63,986 bases of DNA, taken from a virus. Taxonomy: Duplodnaviria; Caudoviricetes. How positions within the stretch are numbered: the stretch's first letter is position 1; the number at the start of each line of letters is the position of its first letter. Location: positions 1-63,986 of the IMG/VR virus record IMGVR_UViG_3300043392_000024; one strand, written 5' to 3'. Shown one piece after another: positions 19,071 to 31,100 of this stretch. Below the pieces are notes generated by a model. The model did no database searches and had not been told where the DNA came from. It saw only the letters and a list, made by a program, of their open reading frames with translations. A program made the position numbers and the translations under genes.

Positions 19071-21500
19071 ATGTCATTTACATCATTAGAAGATGCTAGA
19101 AATAGAGTTACAAACCCAGAGTTAGACGAAGGGTCTGTAATTCTATACGCAAACAATACTTTATTAGATTCAAGTACAATATTTTACACTAATGTAGAAA
19201 AGACAGCATTAGCTCCTGCTGGCAATTATGTTATACCTTCACCTCAGTTCAAATCATATTATGTTACGCTAGGTAGTGATGGTAAAATTGTAGGTAGTAA
19301 ACAAAACTTATTATTAAGTACTACTGATGTTAGTTGGGTTGATGACTCAATTATGCAGTATATTCAGGGTATTCAAGTGCCAAGTGATTATTATGGTAAC
19401 TTTATTGGAGGAACTTCAATATCTATAACCAATAATCAAATAACGGATGCATATTGGACATCTAGGCCATATACTCATGCTAAAAAGTGGCAGGTTGATT
19501 ATGGTGTTATTTATGACACGGCCATGACAAATATCGATTTGTCTGATATGAAAGGGTATGACCTTAAGCTTACTACAGGTGAATGGTATGGTAATACATG
19601 GCCGAATGGAGATTTTATTCCAGGATTCACAGCGAACAATTTTACCAATCCAATTGTGCATATTGCCGCTGATCCTAATAGAACTGTGTCTGTAGGTGAT
19701 TTGAATTACTACTTTAGACCCGATTATTTTTACCCAAAGGCTACTGTTGAATACGAATCTTCTTTTAGGAGACTACCTGACAACTTGCCTATTTATGATG
19801 AAAATGGAACTGAAAAATTATTCCTAACTACACACAATCCTTTATTTGATGCAATTGTAAAAGATAGCGGAGTGTTTCAATCCGTCTCAAGAACATTTAG
19901 GGATTCTACTCGTGGATTAAAAGGCGAGTCTCTATTAAATCCGTTATATTTAAAAAATTATGTTGATGGTGTTCCTTCAAATCCGGGATACTATATGCGT
20001 AAAGAGGAAAATGGTGCTAGTTCAAACAACATATTGCAAGTAGTTCCATATGCTGATCGACATATATTTAATGGCGACACGTGGATAAGAGGTGCTAGTG
20101 CTTTTGCAAGAGGAATACCTTATACTAGTGTAACACAAAGTAATACTGACGTATCATATGTTTGTGGATTATTATTATCATTAGGTGTCCCTGTAGAAGA
20201 AAGGGATACTTGGACATTTAATGTGGTTGGAGTAGGCACAAGAACATACGCACAAATTAATCCATACACATGGACGACTGTTCCCTACGAAGGGTCATAT
20301 AGTTATGCTGCTCCGGCTACAAGCTTCCTTGGATTCTTTAATCCAAACGGAACTAGTGTGAACCCAAATAATGAATCTCATGCAGCACAAGTTCAATTTG
20401 ATTTCGAGTATGTTGCTACATATGGACGAGATAGCTATGGGGTTGGTGAAATCTATCAAGAAATTTGGGATAATTGTAAGGCATGGTCAATAGCACAAGA
20501 TTGGGCATCTTCAGGAGGAGTGATACCTAAGCTTAGTAATTATGCAGAAGGTTTATATAACTCTAACTACTATGGAGTTCCTGGTGCAGGATGGGATTCT
20601 GTTATGGATAAAACAATATCCGAGGCAAAGGCAACCGTTTTATTTGATGATTATAAGAATTACTATTTAAATGGCACTAAGAATTACAATGCTGTAAATT
20701 ATCACAGATTTTATCAAGCTGCGGTAGTGGCGTATGATTTATTCTTTGTTTCTAATTACATCACATTCAATCAGCCGTATTATTATTTCTACTCTCTTGT
20801 TCATAATTATGACATAACAAAGAAATTAATATCTCAGTTTTTGCCAACGAATGAGGCAAGCCAAAAAAGAGTTATGGGGTATTGCTGGAACTTCCAGGAA
20901 CCAAACTATTCAGACTTTTACTTTGGTAGGACAGGCGTACAAAATGGAGTAATGCAGGGGACTAGACCAACTACAGCCCCATCATTTAATCAGTCATTAG
21001 CAGTATGGTCTATGGCTTATGCAGATGGATTGTATATGTGGGACAATGTTCCAACAACAATTGGTGGAGAATACAATCATGAGAATTATAACGGAGATAG
21101 TTCTCTTATATACTATTGGGGGTATTTAAATACACTCAATAATGGATTGTTTGATTGGTGCCATATTGGTATTTGGCAGGTAATGCAAAATAGAGATATT
21201 GTCGGAGCAAACACATCTTGGGAGAAAACTGAATTGTATTGGAATGGGTCGTGGACATCTGATACAGATGCTAATAGCACAAACATACCTGTAATGCTTG
21301 CTCAAGCTCAAGCACCAATATCAGCATATAAATTATCTGACGATGGTACTCAAGCTTTATTAATCATCACATATCCATATAATAACGGTTATACTAAGTC
21401 TACTCATACGATCAGACTTCCAACTGTGGCTGGTGATCCTGAATACACAGTTGACACATGGGGACAATATACTTCGGTGATTAGAATTAATTTAACATAA
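19071..21500 (+). CDS. Large Tyr/Trp-rich putative virion or receptor-binding protein
   Basis: 809 aa inserted in the tail module. No family recognised with confidence. Confidence 0.55.
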   Translation: MSFTSLEDARNRVTNPELDEGSVILYANNTLLDSSTIFYTNVEKTALAPAGNYVIPSPQFKSYYVTLGSDGKIVGSKQNLLLSTTDVSWVDDSIMQYIQGIQVPSDYYGNFIGGTSISITNNQITDAYWTSRPYTHAKKWQVDYGVIYDTAMTNIDLSDMKGYDLKLTTGEWYGNTWPNGDFIPGFTANNFTNPIVHIAADPNRTVSVGDLNYYFRPDYFYPKATVEYESSFRRLPDNLPIYDENGTEKLFLTTHNPLFDAIVKDSGVFQSVSRTFRDSTRGLKGESLLNPLYLKNYVDGVPSNPGYYMRKEENGASSNNILQVVPYADRHIFNGDTWIRGASAFARGIPYTSVTQSNTDVSYVCGLLLSLGVPVEERDTWTFNVVGVGTRTYAQINPYTWTTVPYEGSYSYAAPATSFLGFFNPNGTSVNPNNESHAAQVQFDFEYVATYGRDSYGVGEIYQEIWDNCKAWSIAQDWASSGGVIPKLSNYAEGLYNSNYYGVPGAGWDSVMDKTISEAKATVLFDDYKNYYLNGTKNYNAVNYHRFYQAAVVAYDLFFVSNYITFNQPYYYFYSLVHNYDITKKLISQFLPTNEASQKRVMGYCWNFQEPNYSDFYFGRTGVQNGVMQGTRPTTAPSFNQSLAVWSMAYADGLYMWDNVPTTIGGEYNHENYNGDSSLIYYWGYLNTLNNGLFDWCHIGIWQVMQNRDIVGANTSWEKTELYWNGSWTSDTDANSTNIPVMLAQAQAPISAYKLSDDGTQALLIITYPYNNGYTKSTHTIRLPTVAGDPEYTVDTWGQYTSVIRINLT

Positions 21501-21522
21501 TTATATGTAAATTTGCAAGCAT

Positions 21523-22248
21523 ATGGCTAATTATACTCTTACATATTCTCCGGCTCAGACTGGGTGGACATCGTTCCACTCATATGTGCCTGACTGGATG
21601 GTTACAATGAATAACTATATGTATAGTTTTTACCAAGGTAATCTGTACAAGCATAATAGCAATCAAGTTCGGAATAATTATTATGGACAGTTGTATCCCT
21701 CAAAGATTACAACCGTTTTTAATAATGAGCCATCTCAGACTAAGCAGTTTAAGACAATTGCGACAAACTCCACAAAGCCGTGGAGCACAGTTGTAACATC
21801 TGACCAAGGAGATGGTTATATTGGTGCTTCAAATTATGCATTAAAAGAAGGCACACACTACGCTTACATTAGACGTAACGAAGATGATAATAATCTATCG
21901 ATGACGTCTGCTCAGGGGATTGGTGTGTTTTCATCATACGTCAATAACGTATTTACATTTCCGTTTAATATTGGATTTATTGTAAGTTCAGGGGATAAGC
22001 TGTATCGTGCAAATGGTAACAATATAGAATTAATTGGTATTATTGTTTCGCACACTTATAATTCAATCACAATTAATCAAATTGGAGCAACCCCACCATC
22101 TGGAAGCTTTTTATTGTACATTAAGAATAGTACAGCAGAGTCTACTCCAACTAGGGGGACCTACCTTGAGGTTGCGTTTGAATTAATTGATCCAGAGTAT
22201 ACCGAAATGTTTATGGTGAGCTCTGAAGTATTTAAATCATATTCTTAA
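21523..22248 (+). CDS. Tail protein resembling the C-terminal segment of nozzle/stabilisation proteins
   Basis: TLTYSP..GWTSFHSYVPDWM..MNNYMYSF..GNLYKHN and FNNEPSQTKQFKTI. Own TAAATTTG motif at 21508-15. Confidence 0.6.
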   Translation: MANYTLTYSPAQTGWTSFHSYVPDWMVTMNNYMYSFYQGNLYKHNSNQVRNNYYGQLYPSKITTVFNNEPSQTKQFKTIATNSTKPWSTVVTSDQGDGYIGASNYALKEGTHYAYIRRNEDDNNLSMTSAQGIGVFSSYVNNVFTFPFNIGFIVSSGDKLYRANGNNIELIGIIVSHTYNSITINQIGATPPSGSFLLYIKNSTAESTPTRGTYLEVAFELIDPEYTEMFMVSSEVFKSYS

Positions 22249-22265
22249 TATAACTATCTTTGCAA

Positions 22266-22673
22266 ATGGAATTTAATATTAGGTTGCTAAACGACAGCGA
22301 CTATGATAACACGCTAGTTAAATGGTGGAGTAATTGGGATTGGACAGCACCAGGAAAAGAGTCTTTGCCATTAGGTGGCACAGGAGGATTTATGGTATCA
22401 AAGGGTGATGTAGATATTTGTGCAGGATTTGCATACTTTACCAACTCTAACATTGCTTGGTGTGAATTTATTATTTCCAATAAAGAGTACAAGGACAAAG
22501 ATCGTAATGATGCTATTGAGTATTTGATAAATTCTTTGTCTAAGTCTTGTGAAAATGCAGGATATAAGGTTATATTTACTAGCGTTTCACATCAAAATTT
22601 GATTAATAAGTACCAAAATTGTGGATTTATAAAAACACAAGAAGGTTCTACAGAGATGATAAAATTTTTATAA
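22266..22673 (+). CDS. GNAT-like protein preceding the ejection genes
   Basis: 135 aa with a GNAT-like pattern (..LINKYQNCGF). TATCTTTG at 22255-62 implies a near-leaderless ATG at 22266. Confidence 0.5.
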   Translation: MEFNIRLLNDSDYDNTLVKWWSNWDWTAPGKESLPLGGTGGFMVSKGDVDICAGFAYFTNSNIAWCEFIISNKEYKDKDRNDAIEYLINSLSKSCENAGYKVIFTSVSHQNLINKYQNCGFIKTQEGSTEMIKFL

Positions 22674-22674
22674 G

Positions 22675-23526
22675 ATGGCAATAGGAACAGCAACAGCAAT
22701 AGGATTAGGTATATCTGCTATAGGGTCTGCTACTCAGATTATACAAGGTGCTAATGCAAAAGCAGAAGCTGATCAAGCCGCTAAAAACGCAGCTAATGAT
22801 TTAGCACGGATTCAGGAGGCTGATAGATTTAAGGCACTACAGGTCCCAACACTTGGACTTGGGTTGGCTCAACAAAACATACAAGCTAGACAAGCACAAG
22901 AATTACAAGGTCTTCAAGATATTGGTGCCGCTGGCGTATTGGGTGGATTAACTAAATTAGAAACACAAGGTCGTGCTCAAGATTTAGAATTAGCTGCACA
23001 AGCAGACCAGATGCAATATCAAAGAGATGCTATGTTGGCACAAAATGCACAACAACTTGAGCAGAATAGAGCACAAAGAGAAGGGGCTTTAGCATCTTCA
23101 AGATTGCAAGGTGCACAAATGTCTTCAGCTCAAAATGCGGCAAATGTACAAGCTGGTATTGCTGGACTAGGTCAATTGGGTGGGCAGTTTGCTTTAGCTG
23201 CTTATAAGAATCAACCTTTATATGATTCGGCTACTCAAACAGGATACAATGCTAATGGCACCGTAACTCCAGACCAAGCAGCAGCTAATGCTCAGAAGGC
23301 GTTTGCACCACAAATTGCTTCCATGAAGCCAAATGTCCCATCCCCTGGTAGTGTTGCACCACAATTGCAAGCTAACAAAATGGCAGGATTGAGAGCAGCA
23401 CAAGGTCAGTATGATACAATGCAGGCAGACAGATTAGATGGCCTTAGAAGAATACAGGGTATGTATGATTCAGAATACAAGTGGGATCCGATCAATAACC
23501 AATGGATTCAAAATGCACCTTATTAA
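22675..23526 (+). CDS. Internal virion / ejection protein
   Basis: Hydrophobic Gly/Ala N-terminus (MAIGTATAIGLGISAIG) and a Gln/Ala-rich body. Confidence 0.65.
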   Translation: MAIGTATAIGLGISAIGSATQIIQGANAKAEADQAAKNAANDLARIQEADRFKALQVPTLGLGLAQQNIQARQAQELQGLQDIGAAGVLGGLTKLETQGRAQDLELAAQADQMQYQRDAMLAQNAQQLEQNRAQREGALASSRLQGAQMSSAQNAANVQAGIAGLGQLGGQFALAAYKNQPLYDSATQTGYNANGTVTPDQAAANAQKAFAPQIASMKPNVPSPGSVAPQLQANKMAGLRAAQGQYDTMQADRLDGLRRIQGMYDSEYKWDPINNQWIQNAPY

Positions 23527-23536
23527 TTAATAACGA

Positions 23537-25114
23537 ATGGCAGAATTTGCAGGATATATAGGTAATCAATATCCCCCAACAGATTGGGGTAAGATTGGTA
23601 GTAGCCTTTTAGAACAATTTGATAGAGAAAATCAAAGAAGAAAAGAGGAGAAGACGAAAATTGATGATGATTATGCTGACTCGTTTGCTAAAATTGGCGA
23701 ATACGAGCAGACTACTGACCAAGATGTCAACGAATTTATATATAAAGGCGTAGACGAAGTTCGTAATGGCATTAAGACTCAATATGATTTACTGAAAAAA
23801 GGTGCTATCACCATGGCTGATTATAAACTGTATAAAAATACAGCTATGTCAGATTGGTCTAACCTGAACAAAGCAGTAAAAGGATTTGGTGCAACTATTG
23901 AAGCAAGCCAAAAACTTATTACAGAAGGCAAAATGTCTGGTCTTGGCCAATACAACTCATTGAACTTTGCTAAGTTAGGTGATTTGAAAACGGCTAAGGT
24001 AATGGTTAATCCACAAACAGGTCGCATCTATAGAACAAATATTGATCCTGCAACTGGAAAGATTGCATCTCCTAACGATGTTTATAGCCCATCGGCTATG
24101 ATTAATCCTGCGAATTTAGTAGATTTAAAAGTTAATTTGGATGACCAAATTGACCCTTTCTTGAAGCGTTTAGAAAAGGTAGGTGTTGCTAAGAACTTAG
24201 GCAATGGTGTTATTGAGGTTGATGAGTCAGCACGGAATAACCCTGCATTTAAATCGGCACTTGAGGCTCAGATAAATGCAGTTACTGCTACTCCTCGATC
24301 AACAACTAGCATCTTAACTGACTATGTTGGAGACTACCAATTCTTTGAGTCTGAGGCTCAGAAAAAAGAGTTGATAGCAAAAGGTACACCTGCGGATAGA
24401 TTGATCCAGGTGCAGCGAAAAAATGGCATTGCTGAGCCAATTTTAACTGAGGATCAAGAGAAAGTGGCGAAAGATTTTGTTCGCAACCAAATTGAGGTTG
24501 GGGTTGGTGGTAAAGAGTCATTGACTAAACCTTTTGCACCTAAAACTCCAAGGTCAAGTGGAGGATCAGGAAGACCAGAGAAACTAACGCAAGGCGAGGA
24601 AGCAATATTAGCTGAAGGCGATACAGTCATGAGTGTGATAGATGATATTAGATTGCGAGGAGCAAACACACAATATACTAAAGATATATTAAATGGGTTA
24701 TTAGATTTAGGGTATGCGTTAGATGAAGGAACTAAGCTTAGGTTAAACTTGAGTGGTGGTCTAGATGCTATTAATAGTAAAGGTCAAAAGGTTGCAAGCC
24801 TAAATGATGACGTTGATTATTGGAGAGTAATATCTGGAAAAAATAGAGCACAGGCTGGTTCTGCTTATAATAGATATAGTCAACTTAGCCAAGGTGCAAT
24901 GGGATATACTAGCACAAGAGGAGGTCAGGAGCCTGCACCTGCACCAAAGGCGGTACCTCAAGCAAAGCCAACTCCTAAACCAGGTGGTGATGTAAAAATA
25001 GTTCCATTGAATATGGTAAAACAAAAGTTGGGTAAAAATGCAACTCCAGAACAAATTGATGCATATATAAAACAACTTGAATCAAGTGGTAAATTTAAAG
25101 TAGAAGGAAAGTAA
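23537..25114 (+). CDS. Internal virion / ejection protein
   Basis: 525 aa, middle gene of a three-gene ejection-type cluster. Confidence 0.6.
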   Translation: MAEFAGYIGNQYPPTDWGKIGSSLLEQFDRENQRRKEEKTKIDDDYADSFAKIGEYEQTTDQDVNEFIYKGVDEVRNGIKTQYDLLKKGAITMADYKLYKNTAMSDWSNLNKAVKGFGATIEASQKLITEGKMSGLGQYNSLNFAKLGDLKTAKVMVNPQTGRIYRTNIDPATGKIASPNDVYSPSAMINPANLVDLKVNLDDQIDPFLKRLEKVGVAKNLGNGVIEVDESARNNPAFKSALEAQINAVTATPRSTTSILTDYVGDYQFFESEAQKKELIAKGTPADRLIQVQRKNGIAEPILTEDQEKVAKDFVRNQIEVGVGGKESLTKPFAPKTPRSSGGSGRPEKLTQGEEAILAEGDTVMSVIDDIRLRGANTQYTKDILNGLLDLGYALDEGTKLRLNLSGGLDAINSKGQKVASLNDDVDYWRVISGKNRAQAGSAYNRYSQLSQGAMGYTSTRGGQEPAPAPKAVPQAKPTPKPGGDVKIVPLNMVKQKLGKNATPEQIDAYIKQLESSGKFKVEGK

Positions 25115-25117
25115 AAT

Positions 25118-28100
25118 ATGGCAAAACAACCTGTTAAACAGAAAGTAGCAACATTAGATGAATTACCTGCTTTTGAAACAGCTACATTAGAAGAACTACC
25201 TGATTTTGGTGCACCTGAGGCTCAAAAAAAAAATCCAAACCCCACTCCTCAGTCGGTAAAAAAGCCTACGGCTTTACCCTCTGCTTCAAAAACTACGAAG
25301 CCTTCTTCGGATTTGCTTGGTCAGGTAGTAAGTGGACCTTCGGCATCATTTGTAGCCGCACCAACTAAAAAGAAAGAAGCACCCAAGCCTGTCACTCAAA
25401 GTGAGGGTACTTTATTGCAACCATCTAAAACTAAAGAAGGGTTAGATGTTGCAGGGAGATTTGACGTCCTAAAAAAAGGATGGAAGAATCTTGATACAGA
25501 TATCTCAACAAATGTTAATCGTCAGCGTGAGTTGCAACAAACTCAATTAAAGGACTTAACATATTCTGCTAACAAATTAGAGCAGGATAAGAATAAATTT
25601 CAGCAAAAAATCTCTCAGTTTGAGGCAGATTATAATGCCGATAAAAGCAATCCTGAGTTAATTAAAAGACAAAAGGAATTACAGCAAGAGCAAGAGAGAC
25701 TTAATTCTCGTTTAGATTCATTTAAGTTTCAAAAAGATGCATTAGATAAAAGTGATGCTGTTGTTTCTCAAACGATTAAGGATAAGAATGCTACAATTAG
25801 CGAACTAGATAACTTTGGAAGACAACTTATAGGAGCAGGAGCAAAAGCTATTTCTGCATTTGATGCAATCCCTATGCTTGCATTTAATGGTTATTTAGAT
25901 TTAACCATGGCTGCAACTGGTAAAAGCGATGAATTTAATAAATTACCTGCGGCAGCAAAACAAGAACTACGCAAACAGCTGATGGCTAATCTGAAAGGAA
26001 CTGGCACTAGCGAGATGTTTGAAAACTCTGAAATGCTTTCTAATTATTGGGATAAATTCTCAAGTAAGGTGTTAGAGGATACTATCGAGCAAGAAGGCGA
26101 TACGTTTGACGATATGGCTAAATTTGTATCTCAGCCATCTGCAGAAAATGCGGGGAACTTATTACGCAGAGGTACTACGGGATTAGCACAAGCAATCCCT
26201 TATATGCTACAATCAATGATGCCTGGTGGATTATTTACCTTAGCTGCTTCATCTGCCGCTGGTAAAAGAATGGACGATGTTAGGGAAGATGGTAATGTTG
26301 GACTTGGATATCTGTTTACTGCTGGTGTTACCGGTGGTGCTGAAGCTATATTTGAAGGTAAAACAAATGAGATTTTAAAGCGTGTTAGTTCTAGAATTAT
26401 TGGCAAACCTAAAGCTGTTAAAGATTTAACAGAAAGTTTGTTTAAAGAGATAGCAAAAGATTTTAACGAAGAAGGTATATCTGAAGGATTAACTACTTTA
26501 TTTCAAGACACTCAAGATAAAATAAATAAAGGAGAGCCTATTGATCTTAGAAAACTTGCTCGTAAAATTGGAGAAAGTTATTTAATGGGAGGTGCCATTG
26601 GTGGTGGACTTACTGGTGGTGGTGCTCTAGTATCTAGTACTTTTAATAAAGCAAAAGAATCTCCAGCAGGTAAAAATTTACTTACTAATGCTTTGATCAC
26701 GGCTGAAGATAAAAAGCGACTTGAGGAGATTAGAGATACAACACAAGATTTAGGGACTCAAAAAGCTGACGATAACGATCCTGTTGTAAATGAAGTTATT
26801 GATAAAAAGTTAGAAGATTTAAACTCAGAGTATGGTCAGATAATGGCTAAATATGACGAGGCTATTAATGGACTTGATGAAAATCAGGCTCGTGATTTAT
26901 TTAACATTGATGATAAAATTGATGAGATAAGAACACGTGCTGAAGCAGTAAAGAACGACCCTAATCTAACGGACGATGCCAAGAAATTATTGTGGCAAGA
27001 ATTAAAGAAAGAGTTTGAACCATTAAAACAACAAAGAGATGCCATTCAAGAGCAAGCAACAGGTAAAGTATCTATTCAGCCAAAAGCCGGAACTAGCCTC
27101 CAAGTGGCGGAAGGAGAACCCCAAGCAGAATCTCAAGTCCCTACCCAAGAAGGTAAAGTCGAAAAAGTAGGTCAAGCTTTAGATGCCGATAATACATTTA
27201 CCATGCGTGGCAATGAGGGTAACCTTTTTGTTGATGACAACGGTCAAGTATTATTTGAGTCAGGAGATGAGATTGTTGAACTTGGGAACATTGCCGACAT
27301 AAGCGAGTCGGATCTTAAGGACTTTGGCTTAGAACCTAAGGAGCCTGTAGCTATTGAGATTGGCGAAGATGGATCGATCCAGGTTGCAGGAAAGAAATAT
27401 GTCAATGTTGCTGAGGCACCAATGGATGCAATCACATTTGACGAAGATGGAAATGTTAAGGCAGTAAGATTAGAAACTGAGAATGGTCAAAGCCGCTACT
27501 TTAGAGGTAAACGTGCTGAGTCTATTGCTTATCAATACACATTACAAAATTTTGAGAATAATGCAACAGACGATCAAATCGACAATGCCATCAACCAGGC
27601 AAGAGAAATTGAAACAACTGAAGGACCAGTTGAGCAAGTTACAACTGAAGGACCAGTTGAGGTTGTTGAGCCTACCGAAGAAGTCGTAGTAGAAGAAGGT
27701 AAACAAAAATCACCACCATCGGCTAAAAAGATTTTAGGTATCAAACCTAAAAAAGTCACAGTAGATGAGATGGCATCCTTAAAGGGCCAATTAAGACTTC
27801 AAGCAAAAGCAGCTAAGACTGCTTATGACTTTGCTGAAGCGGCACGCAAACTTGTTGCAACATACATTAAGAACAATGTTCAAGGTGCACTTTCTCCTGC
27901 TGATCAAAAAGCTATCTTCCGTGCAATGGAGGGTAAACTTGATACGCCTGAGAACAAAAAGAAAATGATCGATAAGATCACAGGAATCTTGCAAGCATCA
28001 GAGGGTAAGATTGCAATCAAGGAGCTTGATGCTTTGGGGCGTATGCTTAAGTCTATGGAGAAAGGTTCCAAGTTAGGGGCCAAGGCTGTTGCTGACCAAA

Positions 28101-31100
28101 TAAAATCCGTTGTCGATACAATTAAAGCAATGGGTGTTAAGAATAGACTTAAACCTGCACAAGTAAGATTGTTGCTTAATGGCATGAAGAAGAATTTGAT
28201 GAACGCAACTGTGCGTGAAAAATTCCTAGAAAGTGCAAGACGAGTTCTTAATAATGCAGCATATGCAGAGCAAGTTGCTAATGCTCAAAAGTTAAGAGGT
28301 AAATTACGTAAGATGCTAAAGACAGGCAAGGAGATTGCTGAAGTTGAGCAGACAGTTCGTAATTTCTTGAAACTTGACCCTAAGATGGTTGAGGATCTTG
28401 ACGAGTACATGGACTATGCAACAGAAGTATTTGATGCTATCAGAAATGTACAGGTTAAAGATGGTAAGGCACAAGGTAAACGTGCTGCTGTATTATCTAA
28501 TCTTAATGCATACGCTGCTGAGCAGAATGCAATTCAAGATGAGATTAATAAAAATATGCTACTTGATGAATACCAATATCTAGTAGATGCCGGATTAATA
28601 TCAGGAGATATGTCATTTGATGAAATCAATGATTACATCAACTCAGTAGAAAATGATCCAAGTTCAGCAGACTCTACAAAGTCAGACATTGTAAGAGAAT
28701 ATGCTAAAGAGGCTTTTTCAGGATTCGCACAGACAGCGAAAGATATGCTTGAGGAAGGTGAGTACGATGAGCAAGATGTTGACTTTAACATGATTAATGA
28801 TTTCATTAACATGGACATCGAATCTCTACCTTTAGAGCAACAATTGCGAGCGGTAGAATCTTTGGAAAACTTTATTGTAAATGGTACCACTAGTAGAATG
28901 GGGGCTGTTTTGCAAACTTATAAAGGGAATACTCTTTCTGCAAAAGATGCTGAAGGAGGAATGAAGGCTCGGCCATTATCTTATGGACTAATTGGTAGAT
29001 TGGCTTATTTGAAGAAAATAAGTAACAAAGGAATAATTGGTAACATATTAGGTGGTATTGCTTCGGTAGGTGATTTATACAATAACTTAGAGGCAATTTA
29101 TATCGCAAAAACAGATTCATTAATTGCTGGCTTATTTAGAAGCACAACAACAGGCATCAGGTTCCTTAAGAATTCTGGATTTGCAGGTGTTGTCCGTGGA
29201 TTTGTTGAAGGCAAGAGAATTGCTAATGAGTTTGCCAAAAAGTATTCAGATAAGTTTGATGGATCGAAGCCTAATGGCATGGACTTCAAATCTGCGTTTA
29301 ATATATTTGAGCGTGGTATTTTTGCTGACTTATCTAGAACAATTCTAAATGGCACTCCTGAGCAGATTAAGAAAGAGTTTGATCGTAAGATGGAGCAATT
29401 GCAACTTACAATTGAAACACTTCGTAAGACAGGAAAGCAGGAGTTGATTGATAAGGCAGATCTTTATGATTCGATTTATCAGAAGATAAAGAATGCTAAA
29501 GATATCAATGATGTCAAGAAGAATATCGATCCAATCAATCAAGCTGCAGTAGGTGAGATGCAGGATATGTGGAGAAAATACTATCCTGAGTTCAAAAGAA
29601 TGGCCGCTGATTATTACAACATCATCTTAGATGAGGATGCGAACTATGTGCCTGATATGTATGAGAAGTTAATGGAAGATGTTTCTGATGACTTGCTAGT
29701 AAAAGGTGCATTCAAGATGGCATTTGATGTTGTAAGTACAGAGAAAGTAGGAACATTAAAAAAGAATAAGAAGAAGAAAGGCTTACCGGTAAATGAGAAA
29801 ACCAAGGAAGTTAATCGAGTTAGAGATTATGACTTTGATTTTAACAACATATCAGCATTGGAGAAAACAATTGTTGATGTAAGAACAACTCCTTTTGTTC
29901 AGCAATTTATGGGTTATACAAACTCTGCATCATTCAGAGAAATATTCCCAGACTTCGATGACAGACAAATGGTATTAAAGCGTTTAAACTTTAATATCAA
30001 TGCATTGCGTGAACGTCAAGACACTTACTCGTCTAGAGAAGCTAAGAAGTTTAATAAGTTTGTTACGGCATTAAGTAAATATGGTACACGTATTGGATTA
30101 GGATCATTAGCATCTGCACCTAAGCAATCTATACCAATGGTAGCCAATACAGCAATAAACCTTATTAACGACTTGGGTAGCTTTGGAATGGGTATATCTG
30201 ATTTCTGGAATGATGATGCAATTAATTTCTTGGAAAATTCAGGATATGGTATCTCATTACGTGGTGCTGAATCTCAGACATCTATTGATTTTGCTGAAAA
30301 ATTAATTGAACGAGCAAATCAAGGTAAGGCAGGAAATATTAGCGAGGCACTATCTAAATTAGGAGATATGTACATTGAGAAGTTCTTAAAGAACCCCGAT
30401 GTTACTGTTGCGAATATGGCTTGGCTTGGTTACTACAGAAGTAAACTAAAGTCAATGGGTGTTGATATGAACACATTTGATTGGAAGAATCATGAACTAA
30501 ATGAAGAGGCTGCTGACTACGCAGAATTTATGGTCCAGGATCAGCAGAACATGAACATCTCTGAATTGGGTGGTAAGTTGTTAGCTTCTAAAGATGCTAC
30601 GACTAAAATTATTCGTCAGTTACTTTTCCCTTTTGCTTCTTATCAGTTCAACTTAAAAGACAAGAACAACAGAAACATCACAATGCTTACTTCTAAGACA
30701 TCAAGTGTTGAGGAGAAAGTAAATGCAACTAAATCTTTGGCAGCTGGTCTTGTTGAGGCATACACATTCCAAACTATTCAATCATTGATTGGAGGATTGT
30801 TATTGACAGCTGCATATTCAGCCATAGGATATGATGAGCCAGAAGAAGAAAAAACAAGTGGATATCTAGATGCTTTAGCAAAGGCAATGCCATTTATGCG
30901 ATCCAAATCTGCAAGTGAGAAGTGGAACGATTCAATATTTACAGGTAAAAGTATTTTTGAATTTGTAGCACCAATCCCTAATCAACTTGAGTATGTTACA
31001 TTGATTGGACTTAATAGCTTGATGGACTATGTTCAGGGTGGTACACCAGATGAGCAAATTAAAGCGAAGAAAGAAGAAGAGAAACAAGAGAAAACTTTGT

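Noticed and set aside
27616-27661. 19-bp direct repeat in the giant ejection protein gene
   Set aside because: A simple in-frame linker duplication (TTEGPVE twice) with no sign of a separate function.
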